A stretch of 64,000 nt of DNA from Syntrophales bacterium (GCA_963666365.2 CAXXNF010000002.1:192001-256000), one strand, 5' to 3'. Shown: positions 13,044 through 22,802, numbered from the stretch's first letter. Numbers and translations: made by a program. Notes: a model not told the origin generated them from the letters alone.

Positions 13044-14384
13044 TTATTCAACAACGACGGCAATTCGACTCCTGACAGGGATGTTCGTTGATTGAAGCCC
13101 GGGACGTTGTCCATGCAAGTCGAATTGCAGTTTGACCTGCGGCCTGAAAATAAGGCAATGGGTGGAACCGCCGAAGTGGAACATCCCAAGTTGATCCCCC
13201 TTCTTCACATGCTGGCCCTCACGGACAGTGATGTCATTTGAGGACACCTCTGCCATGCCGACACACATAACGCACATCAAACCGATGTCCCGATTGTCGG
13301 CCTCAATGAAGATCAATGCACGGGAGGCTACCTGTGTAATGTATCCCTGTGATTCGTTGGGTCCTGCCGGGTCAAACCCTTCGGACAGGGCTTCAGCATA
13401 ATCCGAACCGTCAATAAGACGGGTTTTCAGAATTTTCCCGCTGACGGGGCTGTGCCAGCGATGATAACTCAGCGCACTGAGAAAGGCCTGATAAATTGTG
13501 CCGCCGACAAACTGCTCCACAAGAGGGTCCATTGCCATCATGTGCTGAAGCGAATAAGGCTGTGCTTTAATCCAAAAACGGTCTAACAGTTTTACATCTG
13601 TGGCGATCTTGTATGGCGCAGATTCACAGGCGTTTGCGATAACCCTCTCATCCTGGGGACTCGCTACCGGACGCCGCCCCTCTCGAAATCTTCGGGTGAA
13701 AAAATTATCCCATGAGGTAAATCCATGGCAGGGAAGGGTGGGGTCGCATACGAAGTCCTTTGCAAAATCAGGCATTGCCTCTTGGGCATCCTGCCCGAAC
13801 CATCCTTTCCGGGGGTCCTTATTCAACACGTAGCATGAGTCCGCCGAGTTCAAGAATCGCGCCCACTGGTTCAGTATTATTTTCAATTGCCGGTTCACCT
13901 TTTCGTTCAGGAAAGCCATTGTTCCGGCAGGCGTACCCATGGGCCAGGCAAGGATGGCATTGATGGGAAAACCAACCAGGCCAGTCTTATTGAATTCCGG
14001 CGCCGTGGTCAAAATCCGGTTCATGGCTCTAAGCATCTGGCGATAGGTTGTGATCCGGGGGGGTCCTGTAGGATCCCTGCTGAAAGATTTGCTGTGGGGC
14101 ACTTGGTCGAACATTTGGTTGAACAGCATATATAATTGGGGATCTTCTTCTATTATGTGTTTGAATTCCTCAACCACAGGCAATAAAGGTTTTTCTGAGG
14201 ATTCCGTTTCTTTGATCAGCTTTGCCATCCAGCGATCCAACAAAAGCTGATCCGAGGGCAGCCATTTTCCTACGCCGTAAGGCGCAGACGTTTCTGTCGA
14301 TTCGGCAACCGCCTTGTGTCCGAGAGTAAAGAAGATACAAATCAGCGCCAGCGAAATAATGAAAAACAAAATGGTTTTTTTCAT
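13044..14384 (-). CDS. Phosphatidylserine decarboxylase-related pyruvoyl enzyme (PSDC/PsiD-like class) with N-terminal signal peptide
   Basis: GLVGFPINAIL, GFTSWDNFFTRRF, ACESAPY, YQAFLSALSYHRWHSPV, VGMAEVSS, self-cleavage motif FHFGGSTH. Confidence 0.88.
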   Translation of the reverse strand: MKKTILFFIISLALICIFFTLGHKAVAESTETSAPYGVGKWLPSDQLLLDRWMAKLIKETESSEKPLLPVVEEFKHIIEEDPQLYMLFNQMFDQVPHSKSFSRDPTGPPRITTYRQMLRAMNRILTTAPEFNKTGLVGFPINAILAWPMGTPAGTMAFLNEKVNRQLKIILNQWARFLNSADSCYVLNKDPRKGWFGQDAQEAMPDFAKDFVCDPTLPCHGFTSWDNFFTRRFREGRRPVASPQDERVIANACESAPYKIATDVKLLDRFWIKAQPYSLQHMMAMDPLVEQFVGGTIYQAFLSALSYHRWHSPVSGKILKTRLIDGSDYAEALSEGFDPAGPNESQGYITQVASRALIFIEADNRDIGLMCVMCVGMAEVSSNDITVREGQHVKKGDQLGMFHFGGSTHCLIFRPQVKLQFDLHGQRPGLQSTNIPVRSRIAVVVE

Positions 14385-14401
14385 GTCCCTATCCGATCTC
14401 T

Positions 14402-14602
14402 TCAGCTAAGCAAAATGGAAACATCTTTTTCCGTATTCGTTTTGTCGCCCACTGAAGTGCCGCAGTACACACAGGTGTAGTCGTATTTCTCCCCGTTCGC
14501 AAGAACGAGCAGGAGTCTTTTTCTTACGGGAACGGAACGCTTGCACCGGGGGCAGTAAAGCTCCGTGGCATCGAAATCGCCGAAACTGTCTCTTCCTCTC
14601 AT
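14402..14602 (-). CDS. Small Zn-ribbon protein
   Basis: CPRC...CVYC pair, 66 aa, starts just after nadE stop. Confidence 0.7.
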   Translation of the reverse strand: MRGRDSFGDFDATELYCPRCKRSVPVRKRLLLVLANGEKYDYTCVYCGTSVGDKTNTEKDVSILLS

Positions 14603-14604
14603 AG

Positions 14605-16665
14605 TCACTCTTCTCTTTCAGGGATGGTGTGCGCATTTTCAAGCCAGACCGTTGCCTCGCTGTCACTTGGCGCCCGATAGTCGCCCCGGGGCGAGAGCGA
14701 TCCCCCCGAACCCACTTTGGGACCGTTGGGGATGCAACTCCGTTTGAACTGGCTGGTCTTGAAGAATCGATGGAGATATATCACCAGCCAATGTTTGATA
14801 TCTTCAATGGCATATTCATTTCTTCTGTGTTTCGGCACATCGGGCCAGAATCCCCTGGTCCTGTCGTGCCAGGCACAGTATGCCATGAAGGCCACTTTGG
14901 CGGGAAGGTATCCCAGCCTGGTAATATAGAAATTATTGAAATCCTGAAGTTCATAAGGTCCGATGGTGGATTCGGTCTTCTGCGCCGGTTCGTTGTTCGA
15001 TGTGCCGGGGATTAATTCGGGACTTATCTCCGTTTCCAGAATGTCGATAAGCGCCGCGACGGTATCGGTGCCGAATTGTTCTGATGTAGCAACCCAGCGT
15101 ATCAGGTGCTGGATAAGGGTTTTGGGAACGCTGGCATTCACATTGTAATGGGACATGTGATCCCCCACGCCATAGGTACACCACCCGAGCGCGAGTTCGC
15201 TGAGATCGCCCGTTCCCACCACGAGACCCTTTCTGAAATTGGCTATTCTGAAAAGGTGGGACGTCCTTTCACCGGCCTGCACATTTTCAAATGTAATGTC
15301 GTACAGTTCCTTCCCTTCGGTGAAAGGATGGCCGATATCCTGCATCATCTGCATGCAACTGGGCCTGATGTCCAGTTCGTTGACTTCGACGCCGAGAGAA
15401 TGCATGAGTCTGAGTGCATTGGCGTATGTCTTCTCAGAGGTGGCGAACCCCGGCATGGTGTATGCTTTTATGTTCGAACGGGGAAGGTTGAGGAAATCCA
15501 TGGTCTTTGCTGTAACGATGAGGGCGTGGGTCGAATCGAGGCCGCCCGATACACCTATTACCGCGTTTGCGGTGCCGGACGATTCGAGTCGTTTCGCCAG
15601 TCCCTGTATCTGAATATTAAAGATTTCATAGCAGCGTTGATCTCGCTTGTCAGGATCAGAAGGGATATAGGGAAACCGGGAATAGGCCCTGTCGAGAAGC
15701 ATGCGCTTCCGAGGAATCGTGACTGAAAATGAAATCGTTCTGAATCGCCGCGCCCAATCCTGGTGGGTTCTCATATTCTGCCCGAAGCTGTTGGTTCGCA
15801 TGCGATCCTGGGAGAGCCTGTCCAGATCGATATCGGTCGTGATCACCTGCGGTGTCTTAAGGAATCGTTCCGATTCCGCCAGCAGGTTTCCGTTTTCATA
15901 GATGAGGGCATGGCCGTCCCAGGCCAAATCGGTGGTGGATTCGCCGTATCCTGCGGCAGTGTAGAGGTAGGCGGCGATACATCGGGCCGACTGGTTCGCG
16001 ACCAGTTCACGGCGAAATTCCGATTTCCCCACGGTAATATTTGAGGCGGAAAGGTTTCCTATGAGTGTGGCGCCGGCGAGCGAAGCGAGACTGGAAGGCG
16101 GAATGGGCACCCAGACGTCCTCGCACATTTCAATGAAGAATTTGAAATTCTTTATGTTATGTACGTCGAAAATGAGATCGGCGCCGAAGGGGATGTTGAT
16201 CTGCCCGCAGAGTGCGATTGTTTTGGAAATGGCGCTCTCGGCGGGGCTGAACTGGCGGTATTCATAAAATTCGCGGTAGTTTGGCAGGTATGATTTTACC
16301 GCGATTCCCCTGATGTGACCCTTATGAAGCACGATTCCGCAGTTGAAAAGAAGGTTGTCTACCTTGAGCGGAGCGCCCACAACCAATATGATGCCAAGAT
16401 TCTTTGTTTCGTCGATTATCTGTTTCAGCGTCGAAAGCACTCCTGTCAGAAGCGCCTCCTGATGAAAAAGGTCCTCATTCGAGTAGGCTGAGAGGCCAAG
16501 TTCCGGGAAAAGGGCAAAAAGAGCCCCTTTTTCGGCTGCCCGGCGGGCCAGTGCCAGGGTTGTTTCACCATTATAGGAGGGGTCCGCGACCCTGACTTCA
16601 GGTATGCACAGCGCTACTTTAATGAACCCATGAGTGTAGAGATTGAAATATTTTTTACTATCCAT
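14605..16665 (-). CDS. nadE: Glutamine-dependent NAD+ synthetase
   Basis: Nitrilase domain (FPELGL, KSYLPNYREFYE, MCED) plus GVSGGLDS, ENVQAGERT, GTGDLSE, SQFKR. Confidence 0.96.
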   Translation of the reverse strand: MDSKKYFNLYTHGFIKVALCIPEVRVADPSYNGETTLALARRAAEKGALFALFPELGLSAYSNEDLFHQEALLTGVLSTLKQIIDETKNLGIILVVGAPLKVDNLLFNCGIVLHKGHIRGIAVKSYLPNYREFYEYRQFSPAESAISKTIALCGQINIPFGADLIFDVHNIKNFKFFIEMCEDVWVPIPPSSLASLAGATLIGNLSASNITVGKSEFRRELVANQSARCIAAYLYTAAGYGESTTDLAWDGHALIYENGNLLAESERFLKTPQVITTDIDLDRLSQDRMRTNSFGQNMRTHQDWARRFRTISFSVTIPRKRMLLDRAYSRFPYIPSDPDKRDQRCYEIFNIQIQGLAKRLESSGTANAVIGVSGGLDSTHALIVTAKTMDFLNLPRSNIKAYTMPGFATSEKTYANALRLMHSLGVEVNELDIRPSCMQMMQDIGHPFTEGKELYDITFENVQAGERTSHLFRIANFRKGLVVGTGDLSELALGWCTYGVGDHMSHYNVNASVPKTLIQHLIRWVATSEQFGTDTVAALIDILETEISPELIPGTSNNEPAQKTESTIGPYELQDFNNFYITRLGYLPAKVAFMAYCAWHDRTRGFWPDVPKHRRNEYAIEDIKHWLVIYLHRFFKTSQFKRSCIPNGPKVGSGGSLSPRGDYRAPSDSEATVWLENAHTIPEREE

Positions 16666-16817
16666 TTTCCGCCTGTTTCACACTTTGCAGAAACCCGATG
16701 CCTTTCGTTTGGTTTTGTAATTATGGATGAAAGATCCCTATCTTTCAACAGAAAACTTGAGGAAAAAGCCTGCGCAGCAGCCATGGGTGCAGACGTGGAG
16801 AGAGTGTGCACTGGTAG

Positions 16818-17273
16818 TTACGGGGCGAGCAGGTTCGCTATGTGCGCCTCTATTTCTTTTTTAGGGTGTGCACCCACCATACGATCAACAAGCGTGCCGT
16901 CCTTGAAGAAAAGCAAAGTTGGAATACTTTGTATGCGATAATGCGATGCCGTGGCGGGGTTTTCATCGACATTCAGTTTTGCAACCTTGATTCTTCCTGT
17001 AAATTCCGCTGCGAGCTGCTCCATGATCGGGCCCACCATCCGGCAGGGTCCACACCAGGGCGCCCAGCAGTCCACAAGCACCGGCAGCGGGGATGCACGC
17101 ACCTCTCTTTCAAATGAGGCATCGCTGATATCTGCGGGGCGGCTTGAAACACCGCCCAGAGCGAGCGGCGCACGGCATTTCGCGCATATCGGCCTGTCAT
17201 TGAGACGTGTCTTCGGAATTCTGTTTTTTGTACCACAGTTCCTGCAGGGGATAATAATGCTGTCGTGCACCAT
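16818..17273 (-). CDS. trxC: Thioredoxin 2 (Zn-finger thioredoxin)
   Basis: N-terminal CRNC...CAKC and WCGPC active site. Confidence 0.93.
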   Translation of the reverse strand: MVHDSIIIPCRNCGTKNRIPKTRLNDRPICAKCRAPLALGGVSSRPADISDASFEREVRASPLPVLVDCWAPWCGPCRMVGPIMEQLAAEFTGRIKVAKLNVDENPATASHYRIQSIPTLLFFKDGTLVDRMVGAHPKKEIEAHIANLLAP

Positions 17274-17285
17274 TGCGTGCCTCCT

Positions 17286-17774
17286 TTAGGATGAGATGCC
17301 CACGGTCACGTACTGTGGATGGAGGATGGCGACCAGATCAGAAGGTGACATCTCGACAAGAAATCCCCTGCGGCCACCGTTTATCAGCAGATAGGGAAGG
17401 TCTTGTATGCTTTCCTCCATATAGACGGGAAGTGTCTCTTTTGTGCCGAAAGGGGAGGTGCCGCCCACCATGTACCCTGTATGTCGCTGTGCAACTTTGG
17501 GGTCGCAGGGTGTGATCGATTTGACTCCCAGCTCCCGTGCCAGCGCCTTGGTCGATACCTCCATATCACCATGCATGAGAATGATAAACGGTCGCGCATC
17601 GTGGTCTTCCATCACCAGGGTCTTGACGGTCAGGTGCTCATCCACTGCAAGCTCGCGCGCCGCCACCCTGGTGCCCCCCCGCTCCTGATATTTGTAAGGA
17701 CGGGGAGTGAATGCAACGCACTGTTCTTTCAGCAGGCGAATTGCCGGAGTCGAGGGGGTTTTTTCCTTACTCAT
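17286..17774 (-). CDS. ybaK: Cys-tRNA(Pro) deacylase, YbaK/EbsC family
   Basis: TPAIRLL, VKTLV, TGYMVGGTSPFG, NGGRRG. Confidence 0.9.
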   Translation of the reverse strand: MSKEKTPSTPAIRLLKEQCVAFTPRPYKYQERGGTRVAARELAVDEHLTVKTLVMEDHDARPFIILMHGDMEVSTKALARELGVKSITPCDPKVAQRHTGYMVGGTSPFGTKETLPVYMEESIQDLPYLLINGGRRGFLVEMSPSDLVAILHPQYVTVGISS

Positions 17775-17837
17775 GGTTCAGCATGCTATATCCGATAAAT
17801 GACATCCGCCCCTATCCTCAACGCTTCCATTCACCCT

Positions 17838-17873
17838 TTCCTACCCTTCTTACTCTTCCTACTTTTCCTACTT
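17838..17873. repeat. 4 x 9-bp tandem repeat (consensus TTCCTACTT)
   Basis: ttcctaccc ttcttactc ttcctactt ttcctactt adjoining the etfA stop; same consensus as 1613-1639. Confidence 0.8.
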
Positions 17874-18871
17874 TATTTATGTTCCTTCAGCGATTCGATC
17901 AGTGCCGGAATTATGTCTTTGTAGTCGCCCACAAGCCCCAGGTCGCAGTGATCGAATATCGCCGCCGCCGGATCCTGATTCACGGCCACCTTCAAATCGG
18001 TGTTTTTAATGCCCACGATATGGTGCATGTGGCCGGAAATGCCTATGCCGATGTACAGTTTCGGGTACACGGTGCGACCGCTCTGTCCGATCATCTGGTC
18101 ATGGTCCGTCCAGCCCTCGTCCGTGGGGGGGCGGGTCGCTCCCACCGCACCGTTGAGAAGGGCGGCCAATTCTTCAACGTAATGCCAATTTTCCTTGCCC
18201 CCGATTCCGTAGCCGCCGACAACGACTATCTCGGCACTTTCGAGGTCGCCTTCTTGTATCTCTTCCTGATAGGTTTCCACGATGTGGTAGGGGCGGTCTC
18301 CTTCCGAGACGGTTGCGTCGATTGGAATGATGGATCCCTTTGCCTGTCCGGATTCGGGCACGTCAAACACCCCGGGGTTGACAGACACCATCTGAGGCCG
18401 TGTGCGGGGACAGTAAATTCGCCCCAGGTAATTGCCTCCCGACCAGGGAATGACGGCGATCAGCTCTCCCCTGTCATTCAGTTCGAGATCGATGGAATGG
18501 GCCGACAAGCCCGTGCGGAGACGCGCCGCCAAACGGGGACCGAGATCGGTTCCCATCGCAGTGGCGCCTATAATGAACGCTTCCGGCTGAAACGAAGTTA
18601 TGGCCCGTTCCAGCACCCTGACATAGGTTCCGTTGCAATACTCTTCGAGCAGGGGGTCGTCGGCAAGAAGCACTTCATCGGCGCCATAGGAGAGAAGCAG
18701 ATCGGCCGTGTGTGTCACCCCGTGTCCGATCAGCACAGCGCCCACCTTCCAACCGACCCCGGAGGCAAGCGCAAGGGCCTTGCCCAGTAGTTCAAGCCCC
18801 ACATCGGCAAGTATGCCGCGGCGTTGTTCAATAAAAACCCATAACTTGCTTTCCGGTGTCTTTTTATCCAT
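17873..18871 (-). CDS. etfA: Electron transfer flavoprotein alpha subunit
   Basis: LGPRLAARLRTGL, VGATRP, IGQSGRTVYPKLYIGIGISG; start at ATG 18871. Confidence 0.95.
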   Translation of the reverse strand: MDKKTPESKLWVFIEQRRGILADVGLELLGKALALASGVGWKVGAVLIGHGVTHTADLLLSYGADEVLLADDPLLEEYCNGTYVRVLERAITSFQPEAFIIGATAMGTDLGPRLAARLRTGLSAHSIDLELNDRGELIAVIPWSGGNYLGRIYCPRTRPQMVSVNPGVFDVPESGQAKGSIIPIDATVSEGDRPYHIVETYQEEIQEGDLESAEIVVVGGYGIGGKENWHYVEELAALLNGAVGATRPPTDEGWTDHDQMIGQSGRTVYPKLYIGIGISGHMHHIVGIKNTDLKVAVNQDPAAAIFDHCDLGLVGDYKDIIPALIESLKEHK

Positions 18872-19664
18872 GGTAAAACCCCATCCGGTACAGCCGATCG
18901 GCCAAGGCCTGTGCCTGTTCACGGGCGCTGCCCCCCAACATTTCGGCTCGCGCCCTTCGTTCGGGTGACGTAAGATCAACGATCTGTGTGGGAGATCCCT
19001 CGAGCCCTATCCACGGTTCTTTCAAGATCATGTCGTCGGCAGTGAGAACACGGACATCCTTGGCTTCCCCATCGAGAATGTTCATCAGGGTAATGTAACG
19101 CGGTTCATTCAGATCCCTGATCACAGAGAGCACCATGGGCGCTTTGAGTTCGGCGACGACGTAGCCCGCCTCGAATCGGCTTCTCACGCGAAAGAGGCCG
19201 TCGTCCGTCACATCGATGGCACTTACATGCATCAGATTGGGTACTCCCAGAAATTCCGCTATTTGCGGGCTGACCTGAGAGGTGCCGCTGTCGGTAGTTT
19301 CATCGCCACAGAGCAAAAGATCGAAGGGGCCCGTTGTTTTGACGGCTGCCGCAATAATGGAAGCGGTGGCCAGGGTATCGGAACCGGCAAATCTCCTGTC
19401 GGAAAGGACAATAAGATGATCGGCGCCCATGGCGAGGGCCTCCCGCAGCACGGAAATGCAGCCTTCGGGCGCCATGCTGATAACGGTAACCTCGCCCCCG
19501 AAACGGTCGCGGAGTGCGATTGACGCTTCGAGGGCGTGTTTGTCCAGCGGATTGATTACTGTGGGAACATTATGCCGCACCATCGTTTTTGTGTTTTCAT
19601 CAAGGGTGATCCTGTTTGCATGTTTGGGATCGGGCACCGGCTTTATGCACACGATAATCCGCAT
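18864..19664 (-). CDS. etfB: Electron transfer flavoprotein beta subunit
   Basis: IVCIKPVPD, INPLDKHALE, ALAMGAD, FAGSDTLAT, NEPRY, GLEGSPT. Confidence 0.95.
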   Translation of the reverse strand: MRIIVCIKPVPDPKHANRITLDENTKTMVRHNVPTVINPLDKHALEASIALRDRFGGEVTVISMAPEGCISVLREALAMGADHLIVLSDRRFAGSDTLATASIIAAAVKTTGPFDLLLCGDETTDSGTSQVSPQIAEFLGVPNLMHVSAIDVTDDGLFRVRSRFEAGYVVAELKAPMVLSVIRDLNEPRYITLMNILDGEAKDVRVLTADDMILKEPWIGLEGSPTQIVDLTSPERRARAEMLGGSAREQAQALADRLYRMGFYHG

Positions 19665-19682
19665 TCCCTGTACCTTGCCTTT

Positions 19683-20825
19683 CTATTGATACTCTTTTGT
19701 CGCCACACGGGAGAGTACAAGTTTTGCAATCTCAGCCGTGCCTCCTGCAGGAACTGCCACAAGGGCATCTCGCATAAGCCTCTGAATGGGGTACTCTTTA
19801 AGAATCCCATAGCTGCCGTGAATCTCGACCGCCTTTCGCGCCGATCGTGCTGCGGCTTCACAGATCCACTGCTTGGCCATGGTGCATGCCGTATCGGCGG
19901 GAACGTTGTTGTCCAGCATCCAACCGGCCCGATAGGCGAGAAGTCGCGCAATGTGAAGGTCTGCATAAATTTCGCTTATGTACCACTGGATTGCCTGGAG
20001 GTTTGAGATGGGTTTGCCGTACAGTTCGCGCTCGGTGGCAAACTTGACCGCTTCTTCAATAACGGCGTTCAGTATGCCGAGACCGACACAGGCCATTCCG
20101 GGCCTTCCGCAATTTCCGATAGTGCCGAGGGCGACGGCCATGCCGTTCCCTTCACCACCGATCAGATTTTCCGCAGGGACTACGCAATCCTGGAATACCA
20201 GTTCGCCCGTATTGGCGCCGCGAAGCCCCACTTTGTCTTCCACATGACCCGCTTTTGCGCCGGGGAAATCCTTTTCCACGATGAAGGCCGACATGCCCTT
20301 ACGTCCCTCGCCTGTCATCGCCGGTACGACCCAGGTATTTGATACATGCGCATTGGTGATGAAGCATTTCCTTCCATTGAGAATGTACGTGTCACCTTCG
20401 CGTCTCGCCGTCGTTTTCATGTTGGCCACATCCGACCCGCCCGAGGGTTCCGTAACGGCCACCACTCCCAGGGTTTCGCCGTTTGTCAATGGGGGGAGAT
20501 ATTTCTTCTTCTGTTCTTCAGTGCCGAAGACGTTAAGCGCATAGGTGCACATATGGTGAACCTGCAGCGACATAGGCATGGCGGGGCAGACTCGTCCAAG
20601 CTGTTCAAGCACCAGGATGCGGGCCAGATGTCCCAGACCGGCGCCCCCGTACTCGCGGGGGGTAATGACGCCGAGTATTCCCATATCCGCCAATCCCTTC
20701 ATGAGATCCAGGGGAAATTCCCCCGTCTCTTCCATCTTTTCCATTCGTGACGGAATTTCTTTTTCAGCAAACTCCCTGATCGAACGCTGGAGCATCTGAT
20801 CCCGTTCCGTTAATGCGAAATCCAT
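19683..20825 (-). CDS. Acyl-CoA dehydrogenase
   Basis: TEPSGGSD, LNGRKCFITN, EDKVGLRG, RELYGKPI, EIHGSYG, GGTAEI. Confidence 0.95.
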   Translation of the reverse strand: MDFALTERDQMLQRSIREFAEKEIPSRMEKMEETGEFPLDLMKGLADMGILGVITPREYGGAGLGHLARILVLEQLGRVCPAMPMSLQVHHMCTYALNVFGTEEQKKKYLPPLTNGETLGVVAVTEPSGGSDVANMKTTARREGDTYILNGRKCFITNAHVSNTWVVPAMTGEGRKGMSAFIVEKDFPGAKAGHVEDKVGLRGANTGELVFQDCVVPAENLIGGEGNGMAVALGTIGNCGRPGMACVGLGILNAVIEEAVKFATERELYGKPISNLQAIQWYISEIYADLHIARLLAYRAGWMLDNNVPADTACTMAKQWICEAAARSARKAVEIHGSYGILKEYPIQRLMRDALVAVPAGGTAEIAKLVLSRVATKEYQ

Positions 20826-21019
20826 AATTCCTCCTTACCTGTATTGATAGTATTTATTTGAGATACAGCTGTGCATACCTGAAAATTCCGGGCGGCGCTT
20901 CTGTACACTATGAAAAAGCGTCGCCTGATATGAATACAGAAGTATGAATTTTTTGTCAATGAAGATAATGATTTTCCCCTACAGGGAATAGGGATGGCGA
21001 TGCGGCGCCTCCGGGGCGT

Positions 21020-21445
21020 TCAGACGGCGGCATCTTTGATGAACTTGAGTAGGAGCCTTTTGATATAGCGGTTATCCGAAAACCCCTTACGCTTTACAAT
21101 GGTCTTGCAAAGGCGAAGTTTCGCGGGGTCTTTCATCAGCTCTTCCAGAAAAAGTCGCTGGCTTTTTACGAAGCCGTCGAAACGTATCTGTATGCCCTGT
21201 TCTTCCGAGAAGGGAAGGCCGCTTTCTCTTTCCACATCTTCCGGCGATAAATCAAGGCCGGCGATCATTTTGAGGAAATAGTCTCCCGTAATGTTACGAG
21301 TATTTTGGGAAAATTCGCTGAACCGCTGGGGAGAAAGGCCGGCGTTTTTCATGAACTGGCCTTTCGTGATTCCCTTTGACTGGGCATAATTCCAGAGGAA
21401 ATCAAAATATTCGTTGAAGTCGGTATCTTTTTTTCTTGATGCCAT
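21020..21445 (-). CDS. Putative XRE/Cro-like helix-turn-helix protein
   Basis: KGITKGQFMKNAGLSPQRFSEF...ITGDYFLKMIAGL resembles an XRE HTH. Confidence 0.55.
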   Translation of the reverse strand: MASRKKDTDFNEYFDFLWNYAQSKGITKGQFMKNAGLSPQRFSEFSQNTRNITGDYFLKMIAGLDLSPEDVERESGLPFSEEQGIQIRFDGFVKSQRLFLEELMKDPAKLRLCKTIVKRKGFSDNRYIKRLLLKFIKDAAV

Positions 21446-21452
21446 GGGTGGA

Positions 21453-21480
21453 ATACTACCAGAATTATGATACGTGTCAA
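21453..21480 (-). promoter_or_regulatory. Sigma70-type promoter (TTGACA-16-TAGTAT, extended -10 TG)
   Basis: Minus strand ttgaca cgtatcataattctgg tagtat, 7 nt before the ATG at 21445. Confidence 0.6.
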
Positions 21481-21523
21481 TAATAATTTACATCATCTTC
21501 ATGAGTCTCAGGTTCCTTCCTTA

Positions 21524-22042
21524 TCATCGCGCAATCCACCGCTCCATTCGTGGAAGTTCTTCCGTGCTCCAGCGGGCATCTCCCCGCAGTTTCAGAAAGA
21601 GGGCAAACAGTCGTTCCATCATTCCCATTGCTTTTTCTAGTACATAAATCCTCTCGAGCATCCGTCCTTCACGCTCGGCCTCGTCTTCTTCCGTTTCCTG
21701 CCTTGCGGGCGTTTTCATGGACTGGAAGGTGAAATCGTCAGCCTTGAAGATGAATTCCCATTCATCACTTTCGATGTTCATTTTCAGGCGTGCCTCTTTG
21801 ATTTTTTTCCCCATTTTCAAAGCTGCCTTTCCTTCCTTGAGATCGGCATGAAGCCCTTTGCAGAGAACCGTCTCGGAATATTCGCCTTCACCAGACTCAA
21901 GCACTATTCTCTGCAGAAAGGCAATGCCGATGTCGCCCAGCCCCTCAACCATGATATTGCCGTTTCGTTCTTCGCTCTTACACCAGAGCCATGTGAGAAA
22001 TTCTCTGCCCAGAAACACCAGGTCGCTTCGTTCTAATTCCAT
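21524..22042 (-). CDS. RdgC-like protein, C-terminal half
   Basis: FLGREFLTWLW...ALKMGKKIKEARL...EWEFIFKADDF resembles the RdgC C-terminal half. Confidence 0.65.
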   Translation of the reverse strand: MELERSDLVFLGREFLTWLWCKSEERNGNIMVEGLGDIGIAFLQRIVLESGEGEYSETVLCKGLHADLKEGKAALKMGKKIKEARLKMNIESDEWEFIFKADDFTFQSMKTPARQETEEDEAEREGRMLERIYVLEKAMGMMERLFALFLKLRGDARWSTEELPRMERWIAR

Positions 22043-22065
22043 ACTATTTTCCTTTGGGGTTCACG

Positions 22066-22653
22066 CTATTTTTTAATTGCTGCAAGCAGTTCAGCTGTGC
22101 GGGAGTCCGCGAAAGCCGGATCCCAGGGAAAAAAATGAACCGCTGTCAGGTTGAAGGAGCGCTTGAAGAGATCCTCGAAGTCATCAAAGACCTTTGGAGA
22201 GAGGGTGCCCAGGATCAGCCATCCCTGAGACAGGGCCCAGCACACCTCGTAAAAAGAAGGAACAGGGGGTGTGTTTCCCAGAAGTTCCCGTCTCACGGCT
22301 TCGCGGATTTCAGCCCGCTGTTCCCGGTACAGCTTTTTGAGATTGTTCTCCTTGATATACTGTCTTTCCGCTTCCAGAACTTTCAGCTTCAGGAGGGCCG
22401 GCGGGACCGCTCTTCTGTCGATGCGCAATGAAAACACTGCATAGTCGGCGAGTGAGTAATTCGCATACTCAAAATTTGTATCGAGTACGTTTTCACTGCT
22501 GGTCCACCCCAGGGACTTCTCCTCCAGCCCCGTTGATATTTCCCGAAACGCGTGGAGTTTGATCTGCGTATCAAAGAAGTTCCTGAAATCATTAGGCATA
22601 TCGCCGATCACCCGATACCGGGTAAATGTTGCACTCCCTTTAAGCACACCCAT
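22066..22653 (-). CDS. RdgC-like protein, N-terminal half
   Basis: FTRYRV...AFREI...SLGW...LRIDRRAVP...EIREAVRRELL resembles the RdgC N-terminal half. Confidence 0.7.
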   Translation of the reverse strand: MGVLKGSATFTRYRVIGDMPNDFRNFFDTQIKLHAFREISTGLEEKSLGWTSSENVLDTNFEYANYSLADYAVFSLRIDRRAVPPALLKLKVLEAERQYIKENNLKKLYREQRAEIREAVRRELLGNTPPVPSFYEVCWALSQGWLILGTLSPKVFDDFEDLFKRSFNLTAVHFFPWDPAFADSRTAELLAAIKK

Positions 22654-22802
22654 ATGTGTTCGATCCTTTCAAAATACCGACACCCTATGGCATCGGTTCA
22701 CGACAAGGTCAAGAAAAAAACCCTCCCTCGCTCACTTTTAATGTTCTGACCGATGTGTGTCCTATGCAATCAATCTGCTCGGCAGTGTGTTTACAGGCGA
22801 GG

